Shown here: one piece after another, positions 1 through 13,061 of the stretch
How the letters are laid out: each line of letters starts with the position of its first letter
Numbering within the stretch: position 1 is the stretch's first letter
Assembly: GCF_009914755.1 (NCBI RefSeq)
Contig: NC_060939.1
From: the human T2T-CHM13v2.0 reference genome, Homo sapiens
DNA length: 64,000 bases
Strand: one strand, 5' to 3'
The notes under the pieces: generated by a model
Database searches by the model: none
What the model was told of the DNA's origin: nothing
The model's input: only the letters and a program-made list of their open reading frames with translations
Made by a program: the position numbers and the translations under genes

Positions 1-520
1 GGGCATTTGGGTTGGTTCCAAGCCTTTGCTGTTGTGAACAGTGCTGCAATAAACATATGTGTGCATGTGTCTCTATAGTAGAATGATTTATAATCCTTTG
101 GGTATATACCCAGTAATGGGATTGCTGGGTCAAATGGTATTTCTGGTTCCAGATTCTTGAGGAATCGCCACACTGTCTTCCACTATGGTTGAACTAGTTT
201 AAACTCCCACCAACAGTGTAAAAGCATTCCTATTTCTCCACATCCTCTCCAGCATCTGTTGTTTCCTGACTTTTTAATGATTGTCATTCTAACTGGCATG
301 AGATGGTATCTCATTGTGGTTTTGATTTGCATTTCTTTAATGACTAGTGATAATGAGTTTTTTTCATGTTTGTTGGCTGCATAAATGTCTTCTTTTGAGA
401 AGTGTCTGTTCATATCCTTTGCCCACTTTTTGATGGGGTTGTTTGTTTTTTTCTTGTAAATTTGTTTAAGTTCCTTTTAGATTCTGGATATTAGCCCTTT
501 GTCAGATAGATAAATTGAAA
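1..520 (-). mobile_element. L1PA-family (older L1PA) fragment, ORF2 C-terminal region, truncated by window edge
   Basis: ORF 183..413(-) [16 protein letters not shown]...[17 protein letters not shown] is the L1 ORF2 cysteine-rich C-terminus. Confidence 0.95.
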
Positions 521-539
521 AAACTGTCATCATATTTCT

Positions 540-665
540 TTAGATAAAACTGAAACTAACTGAAGGTTAGTTTGCTCACTATCATACAAAGAGGAAATAA
601 TCAGCCCAGGATTCAAACCCAGACATACTAATGCATAAATCTGGACTTCTAACCACTCTACTACT
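540..665 (+). mobile_element. MIR fragment
   Basis: ccaggattcaaacccagaca...cttctaaccact matches the MIR core. Confidence 0.6.
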
Positions 666-987
666 CTATAGACCTACACAAGATCTTATCTGAATGAAGT
701 TTTAAAATGTGACTTTAGGAACAAAGATGTTATTTGGAAGAAACTCAGAACTACCAAGAATAAACATTAATCAGGGTTTCCTAGATTATTTTGGTGAACA
801 ATTCTGTTAATAACAGCTTTGTAATGTAATTTGCATTCTGTGGTTCATGAATTTTGCGTTGTATTCATTGTTAATCAATTCTTTCTCACTAGAAATTTAT
901 ATTTATAGTTTTCTAATCACATGTGTAGCTCTATTTCTGTTCCTTGGTATATAAATTTACTGTTAACTTCTATTTACTTCTTTACTC

Positions 988-1520
988 AGTATATGTATAT
1001 ATACACACACACACATATATAATTTAAATATGTATACTTCATATATTATATATGTATAAGCATATATGTATATATTTTGTACATGTATACCTTATATATA
1101 TAGAAAGTATAGAGTATGTATTATGTATGTTACATTATGTATATATACTATATATAATAGTATGTATACTATATTTTCTGTCTATATAAAGTATACATAT
1201 ATACTTTTTATACAGTAAATAAAGTATACATATATACTACATATACTATACAATGTATGTATACTTTATGTATATGTACTATGCTTTCTCTCTATATAAA
1301 GTATACATATATACTTTATATATAGTATACTGTATATAGTGTATATATAAAGTATACATATATACTTTAGTATATAAAAGTTGGGACTATACTATATATA
1401 CTTTATATGTAGTATATATAAAGCTGGGACCATACTATATATACTTTAATATAGTATATATGTATACTTTACGTATAGAGAAAGCATAGTATGTGTATAT
1501 ATGTATACACACACATACAC
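988..1520. repeat. (TA)n-derived AT-rich degenerate repeat with internal direct and inverted copies
   Basis: Recurrent tataaagtatacatatatact units; inverted arms 1277-1315/1453-1491. Confidence 0.9.
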
Positions 1521-1724
1521 AAAGAGATTTACAGATTCTGTCTGCATTTTCTTAACACCCCATCATGATATTTCTAGATCTTTACTGCCATAGCTGTAAT
1601 ACCCTGAGATCTTTTCCACTGTGGCTGTTTGATTATTTTTCTTCTCTGTTCTCTTTTGTTCTTTGAATTCAAGCTCTCAGTGCATAAAGTGCATAATGTC
1701 ACTCTGTGTCAGGCAGATCTTCTT

Positions 1725-2038
1725 TATTTTTTTTTATTATTTTTCTTTTGAGACGGAGTCTCGCTCTGTTGCCCAGGCTGGGGTGCAGTGGCGTGATCTT
1801 GGCTCACTGCAAGCTCCGCCTCCCGGGTTCACGCCATTCTCCTGTCTCAGTCCTCAGCCTCCCAGGGAAGCTGGCACTACAGGCGCCCGCCACCATGCCC
1901 GGCTAATTTTTTGTATTTTTAGTAGAGATGGGATTTCACTGTGTTAGCCAGGATGGTCTAGATCTCTTGACCTCGTGATCCGCCTGCCTCAGCCTCCCAA
2001 AGTGCTGGAATTACAGGCGTGAGCCACTGCGCCCTGCC
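1725..2038 (-). mobile_element. AluY
   Basis: gcaagctccgcctcccgggttcacgccattctcctg and gttagccaggatggtc are AluY diagnostics; poly-T tail; TSD caggcagatcttctt (1710-1724) / caggcagaccttttt (2039-2053). Confidence 0.95.
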
Positions 2039-2129
2039 CAGGCAGACCTTTTTATGTGATCCTCTCTCAGGCTGAGTTGTCTGCTTATCTGCCCTCAAGG
2101 TTTCTCTTTTTCTGGCCACTTATCTTCTG

Positions 2130-3050
2130 AATCAATCAGCTAAGAATGTAATTGTTACAAGTATTATTAATAATAGAAAACCTAACTACCAAAAGCTTAA
2201 AAGAAGGCTGAGGGTGTTTTTTCTCACTTCCACAAGTCTAGAAGTAGTAGTTGTTAGTATGAGTCTAGCAGTTCACTGATGTCAGGACAGATATTTGTGT
2301 TATTCTCTTGACTTTTCCTCATGGGCACAGTTAAACAGCTGTAGCTCTAACCATCACATCTGCATTCCAGGGAAGCAGAATTAGGAAGGACACAATACCA
2401 GCTGTATCTATCCTCCTTTAGTAGTATAGCAAAGGGTTTATCTAAAACCTCCAGCCAATTTCTGCTTTTATTTTCACTGTCCGTGTCTGTGTCACACTGC
2501 ATGTCCTAACTTCACAGCAATGGAGGCTGAAAAATGAGCAATTAGCTAGGCACATTGCTCCCTTAAACAATATTGGGCTTCTTTTAAGTAGAACAAAGGA
2601 GGCATGGAGAATGGGCAAACAACTTGGTAGATTGCAAGTGGTTCCACCATATCTGTTCTTGCTTTCTACTATAGTAATAGAATATTAGCTGAGCAGATGG
2701 CTAACTAAAGTCTACATTTCCCAGACTTCCTTGCTGTTATATGTGGCCATGTGGCTACGTTCTGGCTGATGGCATTTGGGCAGATATGATGTGTATCTCT
2801 TTCAGGTCTTTCCCATAAAATGATCAGTTGTATATTTACCAAGCTTTTTGTCCTCTTCCAGTTAGCTGGGGAATAGCAAGAACTTGGGGAGCTGCCTTGG
2901 ATCCAGTGTTGAGAATGGCAGAAATGACCACTAGCTTTGAAGGGCCTTCCCACCCTTGGACTATTACAGAGAGAGAAATAGATCATTCCTCATTTTTGGT
3001 GGGTCACTGTATTTTTAAGCTTTGTTATAGCAGCTTAGCTTGTCTCCTAA
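2130..3050. mobile_element. Old MaLR LTR fragments (MLT1-type, probably two elements)
   Basis: ctacatttcccagacttccttgc...tgtggccatgtggctacgttctgg and tttgttatagcagc are MLT1-like. Confidence 0.55.
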
Positions 3051-3185
3051 CCATCACAGCAACTAATAATATCTGCCATCTCATCTACACCATATTTAGT
3101 CCATCACATGCCCTAAGAAACTCTCTGGCCACTGACCATGACACAGTGATCTCCCTGGTCATGCTGCTCACCATGGCTATGGTAG

Positions 3186-3725
3186 TGTAGCCAAATGCAG
3201 GCTTGGCTGCTCACTGCTTGCAAAACCAATAACGAGAATGAGGTGCAGTGGAAGGAAAGTGGTTTTATTTCAGAGCTAGTCATCGGGAAATGACCAAGGC
3301 TTGTGCCATAAAGAAACCGTTTCAGCTTTTTGGGTTGAGGGTATTGATTTAAAAAGGGGAGTTGTGTATGATGGGCATGCAGGAGCGATGAGGAGGTGCC
3401 AGTCTACATGACTTGTTCCAGTGACTATCCTGAGCTGTTGCCCCGTCTGGTGAATGGGCTGGCACTATCTCAGGTACAGCCGGGTTGTAAATTAACAAAA
3501 GCCTTGAAGATCTCCAGGTAGGGGAGAATCCCACAGTGGCTTGAATTGTTTCAATAGTTAGTCTCGGAACTTCTAAACAAACACATAATTAGATAAGGAA
3601 AACATTTTTCAAGGGGGTGCCTGGTAGAAAGAAAGTGAGCAAAGACTGGTATCTCATTATTAAAGGCAAGAAAAGAAATGGGCAGGAGAAAGAAAAAAGC
3701 TTTTAAAAACAGAACACTCAGAGTA
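3186..3725 (-). mobile_element. Probable ERV1-class solo LTR, subfamily not determined
   Basis: Starts tgtagccaaatgcagg...gctgctcactgcttgcaaaaccaata; ttttatt (minus-strand AATAAA) at ~3265; ~540 bp. Confidence 0.55.
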
Positions 3726-4454
3726 GCTTTGATTGTGCTAAACCCAGCAGATGACTAGAACTCTCTATTCTTATTTACTTTCAGGTTTCCCAGAGTCTGT
3801 TCAGTCTGGTCAGTATAAGAGAAGGGAAAATGTACTTTCTTGGTTTGGGGAAAGGAAAAACAGTGGCTAGGAGCCATTGCTTCTCCTCCCTAACCCAAGC
3901 CCAGGAAACAAAGAGCCAGTCCTTCTAAGAATTTTCCTTTTTCCCACTTTAAAAACTATCCCATTCTGAGAACAAAGAGATACAGAACAAAAGGTAGTGC
4001 TTCAAAAGCTACCAACTCGAGTCAAAGGGCTATCATCCTGATGGAAAAATCTTTTGACACTTGTAACCTTCAAACTCTTTCTTTCTGGTCATCTCAAGCC
4101 ACTTTTGTCTGTCTTAGTCCCAAATTTTATTAGGCTTTATCTTTTGGTTTGATATTTGCTTTTTTCCCCTTTGAACTATACCAAACAGCATTTTAGGAGA
4201 AAATGATTTGATATAAGTGAATGATGTAAATTTTAAAAATGTGATTTGCATCCACCTTTTCCATACCTACACTCTACAAAATTCATTTATGGGCAGTGTT
4301 GATCTTGTAAAACTGAGGAGTCAATAAACTTTGTCTCCTATCTTTTTATTTTCTTGCATTTTTTCTGCCCTTTCAAATTTCTTGCATCCCCTTTTATTCT
4401 ACAAGATTTGCCATTTCATTTTGCTTCCTTGATCCCTCTTGCTGTTGAAAACAG

Positions 4455-4800
4455 CTTCCTCAAAATTATCAAGGTCATCAAAAACAAGGAAATTCTGAGA
4501 AACTGTCACAGACCAGAGGAGGCTGAAGAGACACAATGACTGAATGTAAAATGGTATCTCGCATGGAATACAGAAAAGGGGCAATTAGGGAAAAACTATT
4601 AAAAGTCCAAATAACGGGTTGGATGTATGGATAGTAATGTACTGATGTTGATTTCTTAGTTGTGATAAATATATAACAGTAATATGAGATGTTAAAAACA
4701 TGGTAAACTGTGTGATGTAAGAGAATTCTGTATTACCTTTGCAACACTTTTGTAAATCTAAAACTATGCTACTATGAACATTTTATTTAAAAATATATTA
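4455..4800 (+). mobile_element. L1MC-type 3' UTR end
   Basis: tcaaggtcatcaaaaacaaggaaattctgagaaactgtcacag...ttttgtaaatctaaaacta is an L1MC 3' end; homologous to 9640-9960. Confidence 0.8.
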
Positions 4801-4911
4801 AATTTTTTTTAAACTAAAAAACATGTGTGTGGGGAAAGTACTTAGCAAATTCTTTCACAGTAGGACTTTGGGGGCCCAATGTGAAGCCATCTGTCATGCA
4901 TTTCCCTAAGG

Positions 4912-5250
4912 CAGCATTCCCCCAAAGTGTAGCTCTCAGAATACAATCCATTAGATGTTTTGTGATAAAATGTTCATTGGTAAAATGATTGGTAATACTA
5001 TTCCTCCCTTAGAAATTCCTAATAAGTATATATAAAACATAGCACATAATATAAGTGCTAGACATATAGGAGCAGCTAAAGGGCTTTTGTATGACTTCCA
5101 GTGGAATATGAAGTATGGTGAAATCAAGAGACCTCTTTACCTAACATGGGGTTTTACACATTTATTTGACCATGTGAACTTTTTTCTCAAATAATATATA
5201 ACATCTCGTGGAAATTATATTCTTCAAATACACCCCAGGAAAACTGGCCC
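4912..5250. mobile_element. hAT-Charlie-like DNA transposon fossil
   Basis: Ends cagcattcccccaaagtg...ggaaaactg; internal atttatttgaccatg motif. Confidence 0.45.
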
Positions 5251-6069
5251 AGAGAAAGCAATCCTTAGTTTAGACCCTTGACTAGTCAAGTTTAGGGATG
5301 GCATTAAACCTCTGGGGGCAAAAAGTTCATGGTTCTGCTCATGTGACCCCACACACCACTCCACCTAGCCACAAATGTGATTCCTCAGAGAATGATCATC
5401 CTACAGGAAAATCACTAAGGTTTTATTATAGATACAAAGGATTCAAATTATACTTAGAAACACACAATGTCAGTCTCCTGACTCTGCTAATTGACTCCAA
5501 CTTTAATGGTGCTAGGCTCATTATTCCCCTTTTAGCAGTGTCCGACCTCAGCATTTGGGAGCCTTTGAAACCATATGCATCTTGAATAGGTTGCAGTTTG
5601 ATCATTTAAAGCAGGAAAGATCAATTGTCCAAGCTCTAGCTAGATGGGGCTGGCAAACCAGACTGCAGGATGGCTGATCCCCTTACTCCACGGCCTTCCA
5701 ATTGATACTGATTGCTGCATCCACATCAATCACTCAGTGATCCACATCAATTAAAGCCTCTCAAAGGCATAGGGAGAAGTCGCTTTATCCAACTTCACTT
5801 CAGTTATATAGGAGCAGCTAAAGGGGAAAAGGATTTTGTGTGACTTTCAACAGGATATGAAGTATGCTGATCTGTTGTCCATCGATACGTCAACTGCAAG
5901 GAGGATTCTAATGAGCCACCTTCTGGCTTCCAGGGAAAGCAGTAGATTTGTGCCGCTTGGTCTGTATTCTCTCACTTTTCCCCCCTGGGTTGCATTATAG
6001 TCAATCTGGGGGATCTTTGCAGGGGTAAGCCGGTGGCTACACCTAATTATACCTCATTTGACCATGAAT

Positions 6070-6400
6070 TAGTTAATTAAGCAATATTTGATTTAAATAA
6101 ATATTGATTAAGTACTTACTCTATGTCATGCACCATGCTATGATATATGAGTGAACAAGATATGCTCTTTGCCCTCAAGGAACTCCCAGGTTGTTAAGAA
6201 AGGCAGACGAGAAAACAGGCAATTATAATACAACATGATATGAATTTTGATAAGGGAAGGTTCCGGGTGCTTTGGAAACATGAGTTTCTGAGGAGGAACT
6301 TGTATCCTGCCTTGGAAAGGGGAAGGCATAGAGGGGATTTCAGGGAAGGGTTAGCAGTGGGCTCTTAGGAAGGTTAGTGAGAGAGGTGGCATCTAAGCTA
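6070..6400 (-). mobile_element. L2 3' fragment
   Basis: aaatattgattaagtacttactctatgtcatgcaccatgcta...tgccctcaaggaactcccag is the L2 3' end pattern. Confidence 0.7.
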
Positions 6401-7572
6401 ACAAAATGAAATGTGTTCTGTTCCATGACCGTGCTGATCATCAAAATATGGAGACATGCTATTTTACAATGAGGCCATCTGCTGAACCATGGACTTCTTA
6501 CATAAAACAAAAGTTAAGCACCATGGGGGAGATGCTTTTATAATGTTTTGATGTCGAGTGGTCTTTAGTCTCTTTGGCAAACATTTGTACGTCATCTAGA
6601 CCAAGAATCTCATGTGTGTGAAACAAGTATTTTCAACATGCACAACTCTGGAGGTAACCAAAATATAACTTCACGTCTTTCTTTCTGCTATGCTTTACAT
6701 ACATTTTATTTAATGTGAGTAACTTGTCTCTGCCCACAAAAGAAACTGGAACGAGTTCCTGACTTTATGGCTCACTCTAAAGCAGCAGACTCAGAGTCTA
6801 TTTAAATCACACAGTCTCAAATCAGAAAGCAGAATGTCCAAGAACATATAATAATAAAATCTCCAAATGCAAGTTACTGTCCCCTCTTCATGGGTGAGCC
6901 TTGGCCTGAATGCCCAAAGTGGACAAGGAAAGGGAAGGTCCTCCTCCCTGCTCACTTCTTTCTCAGCAATAGTCAGTGCTATTTTGCTCCCCGTGTGTAA
7001 GCATGGAGGAGTTAGAGGGAGAAGTATAGGGGTGGAGTGGCATGGGGGCAGCCACCAGATAGGTGGCATCTCACTTTCTGGGCCAGGGAGATGGTTGAAG
7101 CTTATTCTCTCTTTGGAAATAGCAATGGCAGGCTCTTTGGAGGCCCCCTATTGACCCCTTTCTCCCAGTCTCCTGACCCTGGTAGATACAGCTCTATTCC
7201 AGGCTGGTGGCGCCTTCCTAAGCCACTGTAAGTCTGGTGCTATTTTCTAGCCTTTTGTTATTTTTGTTAAGGCCAACTTATCTTCCCTAGGTGACTCTTT
7301 GAGAGAGCTCTAGATCACCCTAAATCTGCACCCCACATGCCTTGCCCTGCGGAACTCAGGCAGAGCAGCCCCACCTTGATGCAATAGCACTCTTTGCTCT
7401 GCTCCGGCCCTGCCAACCTTTTTCAAATTCTCTGAATTTGGGGGTGGATGTCACACCCCAGATGACAGGCCCTCAGCTTTCTCAATGAAGTCCTCTTAAG
7501 AAGACTTTTCAAATTTCTTTACGTATTCCATGAAATTTTCTTCATTAGGTAAGAGAGGAAAGGGCATGTGTG

Positions 7573-7633
7573 CACACACACACACACGTGCACACACACA
7601 CACACATACACATACACACCACACACACACACA
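7573..7633. repeat. (CA)n microsatellite, interrupted
   Basis: Direct reading. Confidence 0.95.
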
Positions 7634-7949
7634 ATCACTCAGATGGGGGTAGGGGAGATAGGTCTTGCAGCTCTGTTTTCTCTGAAGATAGGCCCCTCAT
7701 AAAATTCTCCTCTCTCTCTCTCTCCCATGTCTCTCTTTCTCTTTTCACACTGTAACTTTTAAAAAAAATCATTCATCTCTTGAGGAATCCTAGAGTCTCA
7801 AAACTGATTTTTGAAATTTTGTTTAAAAATATGGATTTGAGATCTAACTTCACACCTAAGTGACACTGTGTCTAGATCGTGTTAAAAAAAATTAACCAGC
7901 TTGTCAAATGTATCTCCTGAATATGTCATTAACCTTTCTATTTTAATTC

Positions 7950-8330
7950 ATTCCAGTTACTATGGCTATACTCGGCCTTAATCATAAGCGTCCTGGTCTT
8001 CCAGGCTACATCCCTGTCCTTCTCCAATTCATCCTCTTCCTAATGGCCAGAAGAGAGAGATCTACATAAGATGCAGATTTGTACCTGTTACTGCAATCCT
8101 TGTAACTTTTCGCTGATGTCCTAATAGCTAGAGGATTAATGCCCAAATTTCTTCTAGCAAATGCTTGCTCTTGCTTTTGCTTCTGGGTATCACTCTGGCC
8201 TCAACTCATCATCATCCTTTATACTCCAACAATACAAAATGAGATAAAGCACACCATGCATATGGTTGTTTCATACCTCCATGCCATTTCTGCCCCAAAC
8301 ACTCTTTTTCCTCTTTTCAATCAGTGATGC
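7950..8330 (+). mobile_element. L2 fragment
   Basis: tctccaattcatcctcttcctaatggccaga...ggattaatgcccaaatttc is L2-like. Confidence 0.55.
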
Positions 8331-8333
8331 CTG

Positions 8334-8935
8334 CAGTCAATTCTGCTCTTCCATGACACGTGTGTCCCTAAAAATCACTGTTCTGTGCAAATAGGTACAA
8401 TAACCCCCACAATGGGGTTAGAAGCACAGCATTCAAAAAATCTCTGATGCATGTAAAAATAAGATAGGATCCTAACAAAACCAGTAGCATTGCTTGACGT
8501 ATGTTAAATGGTTCAGAAAAACACAAATGCTGCAACAAATATGTCACTTCACCTTGAAAAAGACTTTAAGCTTGCGGGTGGACATGAGCAGCAGAAGGGC
8601 TGCAGCCTGGGGTGATTGTGAAGTGGCAGGAGAAAGGTTAGGTCAAATCACATGGAAAACTGCAGCACCTGGTGTGGGTGGGTGTGGCTCCTCACACCCC
8701 CAGGGAACTGGGGTAGCTGTCAGATATTTGTGGTGTGTGCACGTGCTGGTGTTATTATCCTTATGCAGCTCATTCCAGCAAGCAGCAGTTTTCTGCATTC
8801 ACCACAGTGTTTCTTGTTTATAAGCAAATGCTAAATTGGTGTCATGCTCGGATTATTCCCTAATATATCAATCATGCTGGAACAAATTCATGTCTTTAAA
8901 ACAAGCCTTGTAGCAAAACTGACTATGCCTATCTT
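8334..8935. mobile_element. TcMar-Tigger-like DNA transposon
   Basis: Starts cagtcaattctgct and ends agcaaaactgact(a), an imperfect terminal inverted repeat. Confidence 0.55.
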
Positions 8936-8949
8936 TCAAAAGATGGAGG

Positions 8950-9967
8950 AAGGACAGGAAATAAGCAAAATGAGCTTGGGGCATCTTGGAGTGCCAGTCG
9001 GTAAAAAAGTGCTCAAAGCAACACAAAACAGGAAAAGAACAGAAAAAAGGAAAAGGCCCACAATGATGAGGGCCTGTCACAGAGATATAGGAGCCAACTG
9101 AAAGAGCTCCCAATGGCCAAACCTGGAACAATTTGAGCAATAAAATAAAGTAGTATTGGATTAAAACTCAAAGTATAAAATAAATACCCATGAGTTCATA
9201 CTAATATAAATAAGTGATGGAATAAATAAAGAAGTGGGAGAGAAGAAACAATCCTACTATGCAGAAGAATTCTAAATAATTTGTGTAGGTATTCCTCCCT
9301 CAAGGAAAGGGAGCATAACTTTTTATTCCCCACTCCTTATGTGTGAGCTGTGCATAGTGAATTCCTTCCAAAGAGTACAGCATGAAAAGCGGGGGGGTAC
9401 TGGGGGGTCAACTTTACAGTGAGAAACCTCACAGATAGTACCTCAACCAGGTGTTCAAGGTCAAGATTAACACAGTAATGAGTCATGTCAATTGTATGTA
9501 TCCTTGATTGTATGTGATGAAAATGGCATTTTTACCTTTCTGCCCAAAACCCCTTAACCAAGCCCAATCAAATCATAAAGAAAACACCAGACAAATCCCA
9601 ATAAGAGACATTTTATGAAATACTTCATCAGTACACCTGAAAACTTTCGAGGTCATCAACAGTAAGAAAAGCCTGAGAAACTGTTAGATCCAAGAGGAGA
9701 CTAAGGAGACGTGACAACTCCATGTAATGCTGTCTTAGACAGGATCCTGGAATAGAGAGAGAACATTCAGTACAAACTAAGAAAACCTCAATAAATGGTG
9801 GACTTTGGTTACTGATCATGTATCAATATTATTTTATTAATTGTAACAAATATACCACATATTAGTATAAGATATTAATAATATGAGAAGTGGGTACAGG
9901 ATATATGAGAACTCTCTGTATTATTGCTACATTTTTTTTCTACAAATCTAAAATTGGTCTAAAAAAA
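8950..9967 (+). mobile_element. L1MC-type 3' region
   Basis: ggagccaactgaaagagctcccaatggccaaa...aatttgagcaa and the 3' end acaaatctaaaattggtctaaaa. Confidence 0.85.
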
Positions 9968-9975
9968 TGTTTTTT

Positions 9976-10428
<453 letters not shown>

Positions 10429-11585
10429 TTAATCCTGTTCCTCCTTGACGAGATCATCATCTCCTTAAGGAAAGGAATCCGGCTATATTTATTTTTGTAT
10501 CTCCAGTACTTATCTCATGTTAGTTAGTAACAGTGGCCAAATATGTATGTATGAAATGGAAACACACTGTCAAATAGTAGTCCATGTGTCTGCTTTGTGC
10601 AACTTCAATTTCCCTTGTCCGATATTAGTATGCCAAAGAGTTGGATGTATGTTAAGTATGGCTGAATCCTATTTTTGACTCTTCAAAGTGCTTTCTTTAG
10701 TTGGGACCTAAGAGAAAAAAGATAGTAAGTGAATGAGTCATGTTTCCCTATCCTAAAACCTTCTGTCTGATTATTTTTTTCCCACTGAGCAGTGCGTTTC
10801 TGATTTTGACACTTTCATCTCCCTTTTCATCTGCATTGGCTTCTCTCTGTTCTAACAGAACGTCAATCTAACAAATCAAAGTGATTCTAAATAATCCATA
10901 TGTCCAACATCTAAGTACTTCTTCCTTGAGCTGTTCTGCTCCATTTCCACTGTCTTTTACTTAGGTGAGCCTACAGACTGGGAGCTCTAGGAGGTGCTGT
11001 TCAAATGAGCACTTTAGTGTCTCCCTGGGCACAAGACTCTTCTGCTAGTTAATCTGTGTTGTTTATCCTCAAATCAAACTTCCCTCAAGACCTAATGAGC
11101 TGACCAGACTGCCTGATTGATGGGGGTCAGTGCTGATTCAAACATCCGCACTGACTTTCCCATCAAAAGCAGTTAATTTCATGAAGAAAATATTGGCAGT
11201 AGGACACTTTTAATTTTAGAACAGCTACCAAACCCAAAAAACTATAACAGGTAGCTCAAAAGACTGTTGTTCCTCTGTCATCTGACTGAATATTCGGAAA
11301 CTTCATGGTGAGATTACCATTTTAAAACAGCAATTAATTTTACAGGGAAGTTATGTCTTTGTTGAATTTCATGTATATGAGAAATATCAAATCATAATGA
11401 TGTTTACTTTTAAGTGTGCATAAATAAATAATCTCCAACTCTCCTCAGAGGCTGACATGACACAGAGGACTCAAGCATAAGGTGAGAAGTTGGACTAAAT
11501 GGTCTTTAAATTAGGTCCCTTCCAACAAGAGGAGACCTGATTCTAAGATTCTGCATAATCTATAGTCTAGATATCATATAGTATA

Positions 11586-12222
11586 TGTACAGTCAGGGTT
11601 CTTTAGAAAAGCAGAACCAATAGGCTATATACATATATATATATATATGTAAATAGAGAGAGAGAGAGGGAGAGAGAGATTTATTGTGGGAATTATGGGA
11701 ATTATCTCATGAAATTATGGAGGCCAAGAAGCCCTGCAACACGTCATCTGCAAGCTGTAGAACTGGAAAAGCCGGTGGTGTACTTCAGTCCCAGACTGAA
11801 GGGCTGAGAATCAGGGAGGCTGATGGTGTAACTCCCACTCCAAGGCTGAAGTCCTGAGAACTAGGGTGGGGGAAGTAAGGGGTTTGAAATGTGAGGGTTG
11901 GGGCCATGGTGTAAGTCTAGTAGTCTGAAGGCTGCAGAAACAAGGGCTCTGATGTCCAAGGGCGGGAGAAGATGGATGTCCCAGCTCAAGAAGAGAGATC
12001 AAATTTCCCCTTCCTCTGCCTTTTTGAACTATTTGGGCCTTTGGTGGATTGGATGATGCCTATACACATTGGTGAAAGCAGATCTTCTTTACTCAGTCTA
12101 TTGATTCAAATGTAAATCTCTTCTGGAAACACCCTCACAGGCACACCCAGAAATTATGTTTTGCCCACTGAGCATCCCTTAGTCCAGTCAAGGTGGCACA
12201 TAAATAAAATTGAGCATCATGG
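11586..12222 (-). mobile_element. MLT2B-type ERV-L LTR with internal (TA)n/(GA)n
   Basis: tcagggttct...gcagaaccaataggc, tatggaggccaagaag, ctttactcagtctattgattcaaatg...gaaacaccctcacag. Confidence 0.88.
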
Positions 12223-13061
12223 TAGATCTGAATTGAAATTTGAGGCAAGTTCAGGAAAAGGTAATATTTTGACATTGAAATTGGTGAAAATAGAGCACAT
12301 AGATAAGAATGTCAGGGGTCAGCAGAGGTGACCTTTATTGGAAGACAATTTGTAGATGGGACCAGAAACCAGTGTGTATCCCATTCTATTGCCCAGAAAC
12401 TTATAAAATAAATGTAAATGTGTGTTCTGGTCAATAGACAGGTGTGTTGTTAGGTAGACTATACTGTGAATAAACTAAAACAGCTTTAATTAACTGAGGA
12501 TTCATTGACATTGAACAAGGCACTGTAGGGATAAGAACGTATAGAATGCCTTGATGCCATTTGATGATCCTTGCTCTGATTCCAAAATAAAGAAACAAAC
12601 TTCAAGTTAATTATTCTGCAAGTAAGATACCCTAATACAGAAAATGGGAAACTATGGAGAACTGGCACAGGGTTTTGGCCACTGAGAAGCTGTCCTACTT
12701 TAGAAGCAATTTTGGTTTATAAATTACATACTTGTGAGTTTGGTTAACACGAGTCAGACACTAAGATACGGTCATTCTTGGTGGAACAGACTAGAACAAA
12801 TTTTTGAACCTGAAAAGCTGAGGTGAGATCTTGGACTCATGTTGACCACATTAAAGGTATAGGCACATTGAAGCTCACCTTGGGGTGGTAAACTAACCTT
12901 ACTCTTTAATGTCACTGTACAGCATAATAATAGTAATAATAATGATAGCTTCATCTTCAGTAGTGTCATTAAGCCCAAAAAGTTATCTCTCTCCATTACA
13001 TCTGTATTTGACTTTGGAATATATTAACATTCTGGGGAGTAGATTTTGTCATAGTTGAAAC

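Noticed and set aside
4455-9960. Similarity between 4455-4800 and 9640-9960 as a local duplication
   Set aside because: Two independent copies of the same L1MC 3' end
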